From Rhodobiaceae bacterium UBA6963 (GTDB taxonomy: Bacteria > Pseudomonadota > Alphaproteobacteria > RS24): DNA of 64,000 nucleotides. The DNA lies in NCBI GenBank assembly GCA_002450335.1, contig DJZB01000063.1, positions 1,971-65,970 of the forward strand, read 5' to 3'. The notes beneath the pieces were generated by a model. That model saw nothing but the letters and a program-made list of their open reading frames with translations. It was not told where the DNA came from and made no database searches. The translations under genes and the position numbers were made by a program. Shown here piece after piece: positions 40,122-49,228 of the stretch. Numbering within the stretch: the first letter of the stretch is position 1; each line of letters begins with the position of its first letter.

Positions 40122-41405
40122 CTAGCCAAAGATACCACTGACATATGACCTCTTAATTTTATAAGGTTTCATATCCAGCGCTGTTTTCCTGCCTGCCATC
40201 ATATCTGTCAAAAGTTGCGCTGTGCCATGAGATAGAGTCCACCCTAAGGTGCCGTGACCTGTATTGAACCAGAGATTCCTCAGAGTTTCTGCTTCCCCAA
40301 TAATTGGCGCACCGTCAGGGGTCATGGGTCTAAACCCCATCCAGTTATCAAATGATTGATAATCAGCCGCATCAGGAAATAACGCCTCCAGACGATCTCG
40401 AGCTGCAGCGGCGCGTCCCGCATCACAAGCTTTATCACTGCCTATTTCTGCAAAACCCGCAACCCTCAGACGCATTCCCAGTCGACTGATTACAAGACGG
40501 TGCTTCAAGTCGGTACATGAAGATATTGGCACCCTGCTCTCGTCAATAATCGGAACAGTGACTGAATAACCTTTAATCGGCAAAACCGGAATTGTAATGC
40601 CTATTTTTTTGGCGAGCGCCTTGCTTGCTACCCCAGAAGACAAAACCACCCGATCAGCAGAAATGTCGCCTTGTTCTGTCGTTACACCCTGCACATACCC
40701 ATTCTGAGAAATAAAATCCGTTACCCTGCAATTGGTTCGTATTTCACCACCGCGATTTTCGAACTCCGTTGCAAGTTTTGTTGCAAAGATTCGCGCATCC
40801 CCACTTTCATCCGTCACACCCATTACAGCGCCGGCAATCAAATTTCTTTTTACGGCAGGCTCAAATGCTGTATCTTTGGCTGCCAACTCAGAGGGCTCCA
40901 TCCAAATTATTTTTTCATCTTGATGATGCTTTGCAAAATACTCGCGGGCCGCATCTGCTTCTTTTTGATTACCGATTAATCTTACAATCCCTGCTTGGCT
41001 ATCATCATATGAGAAATCATTTCCCAGTTTAGAACGGGTTTGCTGCAAGCATGACAGACTATAAGTTGCCAAATGCAGATTTCTTTCTGTGCCGGCTGAT
41101 AAGGCCTGCCCTCTGCAATTCAGAAGAAACAAATAAAGCCAGCGCCATTGTGCGGTATCTAACCTAGGGCGCAATCGAAACGGTGCGTCTTTTCGGCCTA
41201 ACCAACGCATCACTTTAAACGGAACAGATGGCGCGGCCCATGGAGCACTATCAGACACGGCAATCTGTCCGCCATTAGCGAAGCTTGTCTGTCCTGCAAT
41301 ATTTTGCTCTGCTTCTAAAAGAGTGACTTCATGACCGTCGTTTAATAATGCCCAAGCAGAGGTAACACCGACAATACCGCCACCAATTACAATTACTCTG
41401 CTCAT
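40122..41405 (-). CDS. dadA: FAD-dependent oxidoreductase, D-amino acid dehydrogenase-like
   Basis: N-terminal VIVIGGGIVGVTSAWAL...EVTLLE dinucleotide fold and TSFANGGQI. Length 427 aa. Confidence 0.7.
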   Translation of the reverse strand: MSRVIVIGGGIVGVTSAWALLNDGHEVTLLEAEQNIAGQTSFANGGQIAVSDSAPWAAPSVPFKVMRWLGRKDAPFRLRPRLDTAQWRWLYLFLLNCRGQALSAGTERNLHLATYSLSCLQQTRSKLGNDFSYDDSQAGIVRLIGNQKEADAAREYFAKHHQDEKIIWMEPSELAAKDTAFEPAVKRNLIAGAVMGVTDESGDARIFATKLATEFENRGGEIRTNCRVTDFISQNGYVQGVTTEQGDISADRVVLSSGVASKALAKKIGITIPVLPIKGYSVTVPIIDESRVPISSCTDLKHRLVISRLGMRLRVAGFAEIGSDKACDAGRAAAARDRLEALFPDAADYQSFDNWMGFRPMTPDGAPIIGEAETLRNLWFNTGHGTLGWTLSHGTAQLLTDMMAGRKTALDMKPYKIKRSYVSGIFG

Positions 41406-41421
41406 GAAGTGCCCATGGGGT

Positions 41422-42570
41422 TTAGATTTTATCCTTATCTGCGGTTATATCAGCAGGCGGCACAGCAGCTATTTCTGGAACATGTACTTCTTGGTAGATT
41501 GATACACTTGGAAACGCAAACGAGGCGCCGGCATTTTCAACAATTTCTTTGATAGAAATCGCCAGCCTTTCTTTATGTGCTAACCAAGTCTCCCAATCCG
41601 TCTCAACAGTAAAACAATAAATTATCAAATCTATGGAACTATCATTGAAACTATCAACATATACAAAACAAGGCGGCTTAGGCCCTGAAAGAAACGCATC
41701 GTCATCTTTCAACCATTTGAGAATTTGATCTCTCACCCGCCGAAGCTGAATAGAAGTCGTGCGATATTCCAACCCGACTTTCCAATAGATACGGCGGTGG
41801 GTCATTTGCGAATAATTTACCAAAGCATGATCGGCAAACATATTATTCGGCACAATGACAGGCACGAGATCAAATCGTCTCACCCGTGTTGACCTAAAAC
41901 CAATTTGTTCAATCGTGCCGGAAACGACGCCATCCACTTCAACCCAGTCACCAAGAGCAAAGCGTCTTTCCACTAAAATAGAAATGCCGCCCAACAGATT
42001 TTTAAACAAATCTTGAGCGCCCAGTGCGACAGCAACACCAAATAATCCAAAACCGGCAATAATCGGGCCAATTTGAATACCCCAAATTTGTAATACTGTT
42101 GCAAGACCTGTGAGGATGACCCCCCAACGTGCAACAGTAACTAACCAATTAACGATTTCTTTTGATAAAATATTTTCGAGATTATGAAGTGTGTATGATA
42201 AAGGGGTAACTGCAGCATAGAAAAACCAGAAAAGTCCAACAGCCACAAAACTTTTAAGCAACTTTTCTGCAATTACTGCCGACAGCCCGCCTAATTGAAG
42301 ATACTCAACAGCAAAAAATAATCCAATAATCAGAAAAAAGAACTTTAAGGGACGCTCCAAGGAAACTATCAGCAAATCGTCAATTTGGGTCTCTGTCCCG
42401 GCAGCCATTCGGCTGATCCTTTGCAAGACAAACCTTGAAAAGAGACCTCGCACGAAGGCAAATGACAAGAAAATCAGAAATGCGACAAGCATTTTTTCCA
42501 TGCCAATGCCAAAGCTACTGGTTTTCCAGACATCTACAATGAGTTCAATAAAGCTTAATAAGGTATCCAT
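41422..42570 (-). CDS. mechanosensitive ion channel family protein (MscS-like)
   Basis: Multiple TM segments followed by GDWVEVDGVVSGTIEQIGFRSTRVRRFD, a beta-domain motif. Confidence 0.88.
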   Translation of the reverse strand: MDTLLSFIELIVDVWKTSSFGIGMEKMLVAFLIFLSFAFVRGLFSRFVLQRISRMAAGTETQIDDLLIVSLERPLKFFFLIIGLFFAVEYLQLGGLSAVIAEKLLKSFVAVGLFWFFYAAVTPLSYTLHNLENILSKEIVNWLVTVARWGVILTGLATVLQIWGIQIGPIIAGFGLFGVAVALGAQDLFKNLLGGISILVERRFALGDWVEVDGVVSGTIEQIGFRSTRVRRFDLVPVIVPNNMFADHALVNYSQMTHRRIYWKVGLEYRTTSIQLRRVRDQILKWLKDDDAFLSGPKPPCFVYVDSFNDSSIDLIIYCFTVETDWETWLAHKERLAISIKEIVENAGASFAFPSVSIYQEVHVPEIAAVPPADITADKDKI

Positions 42571-42578
42571 ACATTTAT

Positions 42579-42914
42579 TTAACGGAATTTTTTAACCGTT
42601 TCCTCCAAAAAATGCCGGCCAAAGCGGTCTTCTATTTCAACTACCCATAAATCTGGATCAATTCGCAAATCCTGATCAATCAAATTATCAATAGTTTGAT
42701 TATCAGTCCCACTTTCGACACGCTCTTGCCAAATACGATGACCTTCAGGTCCAAGAATAGGCGAAAACAGGCTAGATGACCCATTAAGATTATTTACACG
42801 CACAAGACAATCCCCGGCATCCTTATCCCCTCGGTTAAAAACAGTTGCCATCGCTCCACCATGAGTCGCCCGTAAAATTAGTGCCTGCACCCAAATTTCT
42901 GTTTTTAGTCGCAT
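42579..42914 (-). CDS. DUF1491 family protein
   Basis: MRLKTEIWVQALILRA... matches the usual DUF1491 N-terminus. The upstream in-frame ATG at 42950 (track start) is an alternative start. Confidence 0.7.
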   Translation of the reverse strand: MRLKTEIWVQALILRATHGGAMATVFNRGDKDAGDCLVRVNNLNGSSSLFSPILGPEGHRIWQERVESGTDNQTIDNLIDQDLRIDPDLWVVEIEDRFGRHFLEETVKKFR

Positions 42915-43035
42915 ATAGAACCTTGCTACCTTATAAATCCATTGACCCATACCATATTGACGAAATAAGCGTCAAAACTTGCCTCCAGGGCATTTCGGAA
43001 TTAAGTCATGTCTTTGATAAGGATAAAGGTTAAAC

Positions 43036-43446
43036 ATGTCGTTGGAAAATTTACTTGAAGACTTTGCTCTTTTTGATGATTGGGAAGACCGGTATAAGTT
43101 TATTATTGAACTTGGATCCGGCCTAGAGCCTTTATCGGATGAAGAACATAACGAGGTCAATAAAGTTCCCGGATGTGTTAGTCAAGTTTGGCTCATATCT
43201 GAGGGATCATCAGATAAAATCCAATTCAGAGGGGATAGTGACGCGCATATTGTCAAAGGGCTTGTAGCGATTTTACTTTCCATCTTTTCAGGTAAATCCG
43301 CTCACGAAATAATGGAAATCAATGCACAGGCTATTTTTGAAAAACTCGGCCTCAAAGATCATTTAACGCCACAAAGGTCGAATGGATTCTATGCAATGGT
43401 TTCCAGAATTCGGGCGGATGCTGAAGCTCTTGTTGCTGGCAAGTAG
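43036..43446 (+). CDS. sufE: cysteine desulfuration (sulfur acceptor) protein SufE
   Basis: 136 aa with the VPGCVSQVWL active-site cysteine motif and the DSDAHIVKGL segment. Confidence 0.9.
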   Translation: MSLENLLEDFALFDDWEDRYKFIIELGSGLEPLSDEEHNEVNKVPGCVSQVWLISEGSSDKIQFRGDSDAHIVKGLVAILLSIFSGKSAHEIMEINAQAIFEKLGLKDHLTPQRSNGFYAMVSRIRADAEALVAGK

Positions 43447-44171
43447 CCATAATGCTGCGCTAAACGACGTAAGGCGATTTTAAGAACAAGCTTTCCTGAA
43501 CGATTTGGCCAACCAAGCTTTTTCTCCATTTCGACAAGGCCTACATTAAGACAACAAGTAGTAATCAACACCTCATCAAGATCTTGTCCAACCGCCTCTA
43601 CTGCTTTTCTTAAACGCTTACGCGCATCCAATACCGCCCCGGGAGCATCTGAATATTCATGACCGGCACGTCGTCCATCCTGTACAGAGACCCGGCTCAA
43701 ATCCAGTGTGATGCTTTTATTGGACTGACTTAATTCAAAATCACGGCACAAGCGCTCCCCTGCCGTAAATTCAACATCTTCAAATACAACAGCCCCTTTC
43801 TGGTTCCTGCCATTGCGCGACTTTAAGCAAGCGAGAGGAGTCTGAGCATTTTTTAGGATGACCCCATCATCCTGCGTCTCAAGTTGATGATGTTGAGCTA
43901 AAAAAGCATGAGAAGGCGTTTTGCCACGCAAATAAAACGACCTACCCGGGTCGGAGATGACATATTTCTCATCTTCCGAGGTATCAGGATGCAACAAATC
44001 TTCTGAAACAAATTTTTCAACATATTGTTCCGAACATTTCATAACGGCTTTCGTCCATCTGTTTCGTTTGACCATCAAACCGAAACATTTTTGCTCACGC
44101 TTCAAATAGGCTCCTGCCTCGATTAAGCGACGCGCTATACGCATGAATTCTTGACGCTCTCCTGGATTCAT
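43389..44171 (-). CDS. DUF6456-like protein with C-terminal sigma-70 region-4-like HTH (GafZ-like / C-terminal half of GafA)
   Basis: 260 aa with C-terminal CCLNVGLVEMEKKLGWPNRSGKLVLKIALRRLAQHYG. ATGA-coupled to the upstream DnaA-domain-IV-like gene. The 3' end overlaps sufE convergently by 58 nt. Confidence 0.6.
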   Translation of the reverse strand: MNPGERQEFMRIARRLIEAGAYLKREQKCFGLMVKRNRWTKAVMKCSEQYVEKFVSEDLLHPDTSEDEKYVISDPGRSFYLRGKTPSHAFLAQHHQLETQDDGVILKNAQTPLACLKSRNGRNQKGAVVFEDVEFTAGERLCRDFELSQSNKSITLDLSRVSVQDGRRAGHEYSDAPGAVLDARKRLRKAVEAVGQDLDEVLITTCCLNVGLVEMEKKLGWPNRSGKLVLKIALRRLAQHYGYLPATRASASARILETIA

Positions 44172-44461
44172 CTTCTGAGCAACTCCAGCGAACTGGCGAA
44201 TTCAACAATAGCGGCCTCCAGGATTTCAAGTGCCAGATCCTTATCAGAACAATCCCGCATTTCCTCAACTTTGCGGCAGGCGTGTGTCACGGAAGTTCTG
44301 TCTCTTTTGAAAAGAGTGCCAATTTTGGTGAAGGTCATTCCGAAGCCGATATGACATAGATATTCAGAACATTGGCGACATTGAGAAATTTTTTCTCGCC
44401 CTCGCATCGAATGTGTCATCATCATTGCGGGTACATTATAAATGAGAGACATATTAGTCAT
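44168..44461 (-). CDS. stand-alone DnaA domain-IV-like helix-turn-helix protein (GafY-like / N-terminal half of GafA)
   Basis: 97 aa. REKISQCRQCSEYLCHIGFGMTFTKIGTLFKRDRTSVTHACRKVEEM follows the DnaA C-terminal DNA-binding pattern. Confidence 0.65.
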   Translation of the reverse strand: MTNMSLIYNVPAMMMTHSMRGREKISQCRQCSEYLCHIGFGMTFTKIGTLFKRDRTSVTHACRKVEEMRDCSDKDLALEILEAAIVEFASSLELLRR

Positions 44462-44832
44462 AACAAGATGTGCACAGGCAATTTACCTGATATTTTCTAC
44501 GCTAGGGTTTTTTTGTCGATAGAACCCTGCACGCTTTCTGTTTTCCCAGAATTTATTCTTTTGCATTATTACCCCTCCTCTCAGCAACCTTAATTATCAA
44601 GCATGAAGCACCAACGCAGGCAAATTCAGAAAATTATTAAATAACAATGGTTTATGTAGATAAATAGTTTTAACAAAGATTAATTTTTTATAATTTTTAT
44701 TATTATTTTTGCCCTTTAAATGTTATATTTCAAAAGAATTGAAAAACAAAAAATTTCTACTTTATGTAACATTTGTTTAAGTTGCTTTCGTCTAGTTAAT
44801 TTGTCTTCTACTCTTTAGCTGGAAAGAAAATA

Positions 44833-45300
44833 ATGAATAAAAGAGCATCTCGAACAAGTTCAAGCCTGCCTAATGGCGGCGAATTTACTCTACCAAAAGA
44901 AATTAACAGTTTCGTGCCCGGTATGCTTCCTGAAGCAGTACGCGCGATAAATGTACTTCTAAATGCCCATGAATTTGGGAAAGACTTATTTGAAACCAAA
45001 GCCCCACATTATGAAGACTGGATTATGCTGTTTATTCTTATAGCTAATGAGGCAGAAGAGAAATCAACGGTAACAAAGAATTTTGTGGAGGTAACCGGTC
45101 GTGCCTACGGCACGGTTCGGGCTTCCCTCAAACGCTTTGAGGAAAGAGGGTATATTCATACACTCCAAAAGATTGGTCGATCTGAACTTTATGTTCCTAC
45201 AGACAAACTTAAAAAAGCGGTCAATCAATGGGCACGTCAACTTTGGCCTTGCATTGAAGACTATGAACGCGCCAATAAATCCAGCCGAACCATCAGTTAG
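44833..45300 (+). CDS. hypothetical winged-helix (MarR-like) DNA-binding protein
   Basis: 155 aa. VTKNFVEVTGRAYGTVRASLKRFEERGYIHTLQKIGRSELYVPTDK looks like HTH plus wing. No family recognised. Preceded by a 370-bp AT-rich region. Confidence 0.5.
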   Translation: MNKRASRTSSSLPNGGEFTLPKEINSFVPGMLPEAVRAINVLLNAHEFGKDLFETKAPHYEDWIMLFILIANEAEEKSTVTKNFVEVTGRAYGTVRASLKRFEERGYIHTLQKIGRSELYVPTDKLKKAVNQWARQLWPCIEDYERANKSSRTIS

Positions 45301-45348
45301 TTAAGAGATAAGCAAATACCAAAAAACTGTCCCCTTCAGCTTTAATTT

Positions 45349-45792
45349 ATGGCATTATGGGATATGACTTCTGACACTGAAAAAAAATGGCCTATCCATA
45401 AATCGCAAGATGAATGGTTAGAAAAGCTCTCTCCGGAGCAATATTATGTAACCCGCGAAGCAGGCACTGAAATGCCTTTTAAAGGGCCTCACCTCGATGA
45501 CAAATCTGCAGGTGTTTTTCATTGTATCTGTTGCGACACGCCGCTTTTTTCATCTCAAACCAAGTTTGACAGTGGCACAGGCTGGCCGAGTTTTTTTCAG
45601 CCCGTTGACTCACAAAATGTTGCTGAACATTCTGATACATCGCATGGCATGACACGAACCGAGGTTCTCTGCAGCCAATGCGGGGCACATCTTGGACATG
45701 TCTTTCCTGATGGTCCCCAGCCTACAGGTCTTAGATACTGCATTAACGGCACGGCACTTGATAAAAAAGCGGATAATCAAAGCGATGAATGA
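45349..45792 (+). CDS. msrB: peptide-methionine (R)-S-oxide reductase MsrB
   Basis: CxxC pairs ([24 protein letters not shown]) and the GTGWPSF motif. Confidence 0.95.
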   Translation: MALWDMTSDTEKKWPIHKSQDEWLEKLSPEQYYVTREAGTEMPFKGPHLDDKSAGVFHCICCDTPLFSSQTKFDSGTGWPSFFQPVDSQNVAEHSDTSHGMTRTEVLCSQCGAHLGHVFPDGPQPTGLRYCINGTALDKKADNQSDE

Positions 45793-47887
45793 GCCGCAAC
45801 CCCGCCCGCCGGTTGCAAAAAAAATTAATACCACCAATACACGGCACAAAATTACCAGAAATGATGAATATGCATGGATGCGGGATGATAACTGGCAAGA
45901 AGTCTTACGCAATCCGGACCAACTTCGTTCGGATATCCAAGAATATTTAGAGTCCGAAAACAGCTATACAGATGCAGTTTTAAAAACCGGCGAAACCCTC
46001 CGCCAAAAACTTTATAATGAAATGCGCGGCAGAATTAAGGAGAATGATAGCTCTCCTCCTTCATCAAAAGGCGACTGGGCATGGTTTTCCAAATATGAAA
46101 GCGGACAAGAGCATCAACAAATTTGCCGGCAACGTATAACTTCATCCCATTCGGATAATATCCCTGACATTGTTCTGGACGCCAACAAGGAGTCTACAGG
46201 ACTGGATTATTTTAAATTAGGTGGGACTGCTATTAGCCCACGACAGGAATATCTGGCATGGGCTCATGATGCGAAAGGCTCGGAATATTTCACTGTTAAA
46301 ATCAGGGATATTTCAACAGATACAGATTTACCGGATATTCTTACCAACACTTCCGGCGCTATCGCTTGGTCTCTTGATGCGAAGTTTATATTTTACATTT
46401 TACTGGATGAAAATCACAGACCAAGCAAAGTCATGCGCCATAAACTTGGCGCTGAACAAGCTGATGATGTTATGGTATATGAAGAGGAGGATCCCGGATT
46501 CTTCGTGTCCCTTTCACAGTCCAGAAGCGATGATCTGATATTCATTTCCGCTCATGATCATGAAACTTCAGAAGTTCACCTAATTGATGCTGCTAAGCCG
46601 GAGCAAAAACCTATTACAATTGCCTTCAGGCAGCAGCATATTGAATATGATGTCAGCCATGACGCCAAACGCAACCGACTTGTCATTCTGACAAATAAGG
46701 ATGCTGTTGATTTTCAACTCATGTGGGCTGATATCGACACACCTGATAGATGGCACGAACTTGTTCCACACAAAAAAGGCGCGCTTATCCTGGAAGTTGC
46801 AGCTTTCGAGAATTTTATCGTCTGGCTATATAGGGAAAAAGCTCTACCAAAGATTAAAATTTTATCGACTGAAACAAATTCGGTAACTGAAATTACTTTT
46901 CAAGAAGCCGCTTATGATGTGTCGCTCGACACCGGGCTAGAATATAATACGAATATGGTCAGATTTGCTTACACTTCAATGACCACACCTAGACAGATAT
47001 TCGATTATGACATGTCAACCGGCGACAGAAATATGGTCTATGAGCAATCTGTGCCATCCGGCCATAACGCAAAGGATTATATTACCAAACGCCTATGGGC
47101 ACCTATTGGAGGTGATGAGCAGGAAATTCCTATCACCCTGCTCTATCACAAAGATACAAAGTTAGACGGAACTGCACCTGTCCTGCTTTACGGATACGGT
47201 GCCTATGGGATTTCAATTCCAGCAAGTTTTTCAGGTAATCGCTTATCTCTTGTTGACCGCGGATTTATTTACGCCATTGCCCATATTCGTGGCGGCAAGG
47301 AAATGGGGTTTGACTGGTTTCTTCAAGGACGCAAAGAAAACAAAATTAACAGTTTCAAGGATTTTGCCACCGCCGCACAATATCTCATCAATAACAATCT
47401 CACACAAAAAGGTAACATCACCATTCACGGCGGAAGCGCAGGCGGGCTATTGGTGGGCGCAACATTGAACCTATCACCGGAGTTGTTTCGCGGCGCAATA
47501 GCTGAGGTGCCTTTTGTAGATGTCCTGAACACCATGCTGGATGATACACTTCCTCTCACACCTCCAGAATGGCCTGAATGGGGAAACCCGATTTTAAATG
47601 CCACGGATTATCAAACTATCTCTGAATATGCACCTTATGAAAACATCTCGGAAACAGCCTATCCACATATACTCGCTACGGCAGGACTGACCGACCCGCG
47701 TGTAACGTATTGGGAACCTGCAAAATGGATAGCCAGATTACGCGACAAACGCACAGATGATGGTTTGACGTTACTACGAACCGAAATGTCAGCTGGGCAT
47801 GGTGGCAAAGCCGGACGGTTTAACCAACTCGAAGAACTTGCATTGGTTTATTCATTTGTACTTTCAATCCATGAGATAAATGACTAA
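45785..47887 (+). CDS. ptrB: S9A prolyl oligopeptidase family serine protease (oligopeptidase B-like)
   Basis: About 700 aa with a beta-propeller N-domain and the catalytic [10 protein letters not shown] nucleophile elbow. ATG at 45785 overlaps the msrB stop (ATGAATGA). The track start 45692 lies inside msrB. Confidence 0.85.
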   Translation: MNEPQPRPPVAKKINTTNTRHKITRNDEYAWMRDDNWQEVLRNPDQLRSDIQEYLESENSYTDAVLKTGETLRQKLYNEMRGRIKENDSSPPSSKGDWAWFSKYESGQEHQQICRQRITSSHSDNIPDIVLDANKESTGLDYFKLGGTAISPRQEYLAWAHDAKGSEYFTVKIRDISTDTDLPDILTNTSGAIAWSLDAKFIFYILLDENHRPSKVMRHKLGAEQADDVMVYEEEDPGFFVSLSQSRSDDLIFISAHDHETSEVHLIDAAKPEQKPITIAFRQQHIEYDVSHDAKRNRLVILTNKDAVDFQLMWADIDTPDRWHELVPHKKGALILEVAAFENFIVWLYREKALPKIKILSTETNSVTEITFQEAAYDVSLDTGLEYNTNMVRFAYTSMTTPRQIFDYDMSTGDRNMVYEQSVPSGHNAKDYITKRLWAPIGGDEQEIPITLLYHKDTKLDGTAPVLLYGYGAYGISIPASFSGNRLSLVDRGFIYAIAHIRGGKEMGFDWFLQGRKENKINSFKDFATAAQYLINNNLTQKGNITIHGGSAGGLLVGATLNLSPELFRGAIAEVPFVDVLNTMLDDTLPLTPPEWPEWGNPILNATDYQTISEYAPYENISETAYPHILATAGLTDPRVTYWEPAKWIARLRDKRTDDGLTLLRTEMSAGHGGKAGRFNQLEELALVYSFVLSIHEIND

Positions 47888-47896
47888 TTAATCTTC

Positions 47897-49132
47897 ATGC
47901 TTGAAAATATCTCCCATTACGGATTTGACACTGAATTCCTTACCCGCGCTTTCGATGATCTTTCAACAAAGTATGTTGATAGCGGCAAGCTATCTGGATT
48001 TTCGGTTCTGATCGCCAGAAATCGTGAAGTTGCAGGGATATATCACACTGGATACAGCGCGATGGGCGACGAAAAGGAAGATGCTTTTCCTCTCAAAGAC
48101 GACACTATTTACCGCATCTACTCCATGTCAAAACCGATAACGGCATTTGCTATGATGCGCTTTGTTGAGCGAGGGCAAATTAATCTCGATGATAAAGTTA
48201 AAGATTACATTCCTGCTTTTAGTGACCCTCAAGTCTGGGTATCGGGCGATACAAGAGAGTTCACGACACGACCGTCAGAAAAAGATATCACCGTCTTTGA
48301 TTTATTGACCCACCAATCAGGCCTGACTTACGATTTTTTAGGCGAACACCCAATAGATGCTCTGTATCGACGCAAACAATTAACCGGAGGTCGGTCATGC
48401 CGCCCTTCGGTTGAAGAATTTGTAAATGAGATTGCGGCGATGCCCATTTTATTTACGCCCGGTGAAAAGTGGAATTATTCATTCTCTCTGGATGTTGTTG
48501 GGCGCGTCATGGAGGTCGTAAGCGGCAAATCTCTTGACAAAATTTTACATGAGGAAGTTTTTGGACCACTCGATATGAAGGATACCGGCTTTACCCTTCC
48601 TGCGGATAAAGCTGACCGTATGACACATCTTTATTTTAAAGATCATCGTAAAGACTTTATCCGATGCATTGATCGTGGACGGGATACGACTTTCTTAAAA
48701 CCTGCAGAAATGTTGGGCGGCGGAGGCGGCTTACTCTCTACTCTGACTGATTATTATAAATTTTGTCGTATGCTTGAAAGCAATGGCACAGTTAACGGCA
48801 GGACACTTTTATCCAAAAAAACGCTGGACATTATGCGGTCCAATCAATTGCCTGGCGGCGCGACCATGAAAGAAAAAGCCGCCTGTAAGTTCAGTGAAAG
48901 TGATATGGAAGGCACGGGCTTCGGCATCAGTTGGTCCATCATTACAGACCCAACAACCGAGGGAAATTATGCATCCAGAGGCACGTATTCATGGGGCGGG
49001 TTGGGAAACACCTATTTCTTTATAGACCCAGTCGAAAAAATCAGTGTTATTTTGATGACCCAGATTGTTCCTTACGGAATTTATCCAATCCGCACGGAAT
49101 TAAAAGAAATCATCTATAAAGCTCTAAAATAA
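47897..49132 (+). CDS. serine hydrolase, beta-lactamase (class C / esterase) family
   Basis: SMSK (SxxK) motif in YRIYSMSKPITAF and a LLTHQSGL segment. Length 411 aa. Confidence 0.85.
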   Translation: MLENISHYGFDTEFLTRAFDDLSTKYVDSGKLSGFSVLIARNREVAGIYHTGYSAMGDEKEDAFPLKDDTIYRIYSMSKPITAFAMMRFVERGQINLDDKVKDYIPAFSDPQVWVSGDTREFTTRPSEKDITVFDLLTHQSGLTYDFLGEHPIDALYRRKQLTGGRSCRPSVEEFVNEIAAMPILFTPGEKWNYSFSLDVVGRVMEVVSGKSLDKILHEEVFGPLDMKDTGFTLPADKADRMTHLYFKDHRKDFIRCIDRGRDTTFLKPAEMLGGGGGLLSTLTDYYKFCRMLESNGTVNGRTLLSKKTLDIMRSNQLPGGATMKEKAACKFSESDMEGTGFGISWSIITDPTTEGNYASRGTYSWGGLGNTYFFIDPVEKISVILMTQIVPYGIYPIRTELKEIIYKALK

Positions 49133-49144
49133 ACAGAGCCGATA

Positions 49145-49162
49145 ATTTAGATTTATCTAAAT
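49145..49162. promoter_or_regulatory. 18-bp AT-only palindrome ATTTAGAT-TT-ATCTAAAT (operator candidate or weak terminator)
   Basis: Perfect 8-bp arms with a 2-nt spacer. It lies 13 nt after the hydrolase stop, is followed by GTAAATTTTTTG, and is 67 nt upstream of the nitronate monooxygenase ATG. Confidence 0.3.
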
Positions 49163-49228
49163 GTAAATTTTTTGTTGCCAGCAAGGTTTCTCCGATTAAG
49201 TTATTTTAGTATTGCAGAGGAGTTAGAG

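Noticed and set aside
44670-44683. CtrA box
   Set aside because: The sequence is TTAA-N6-TTAA. The canonical CtrA site is TTAA-N7-TTAAC, so the spacing is wrong.
44462-44832. Chromosomal or plasmid-type replication origin (AT-rich region next to a DnaA-domain-like gene and a winged-helix gene)
   Set aside because: I found no DnaA boxes (TTATCCACA or close variants) and no clear iteron array in the spacer. The DnaA-like protein has only domain IV, and the GafY-like interpretation fits better.
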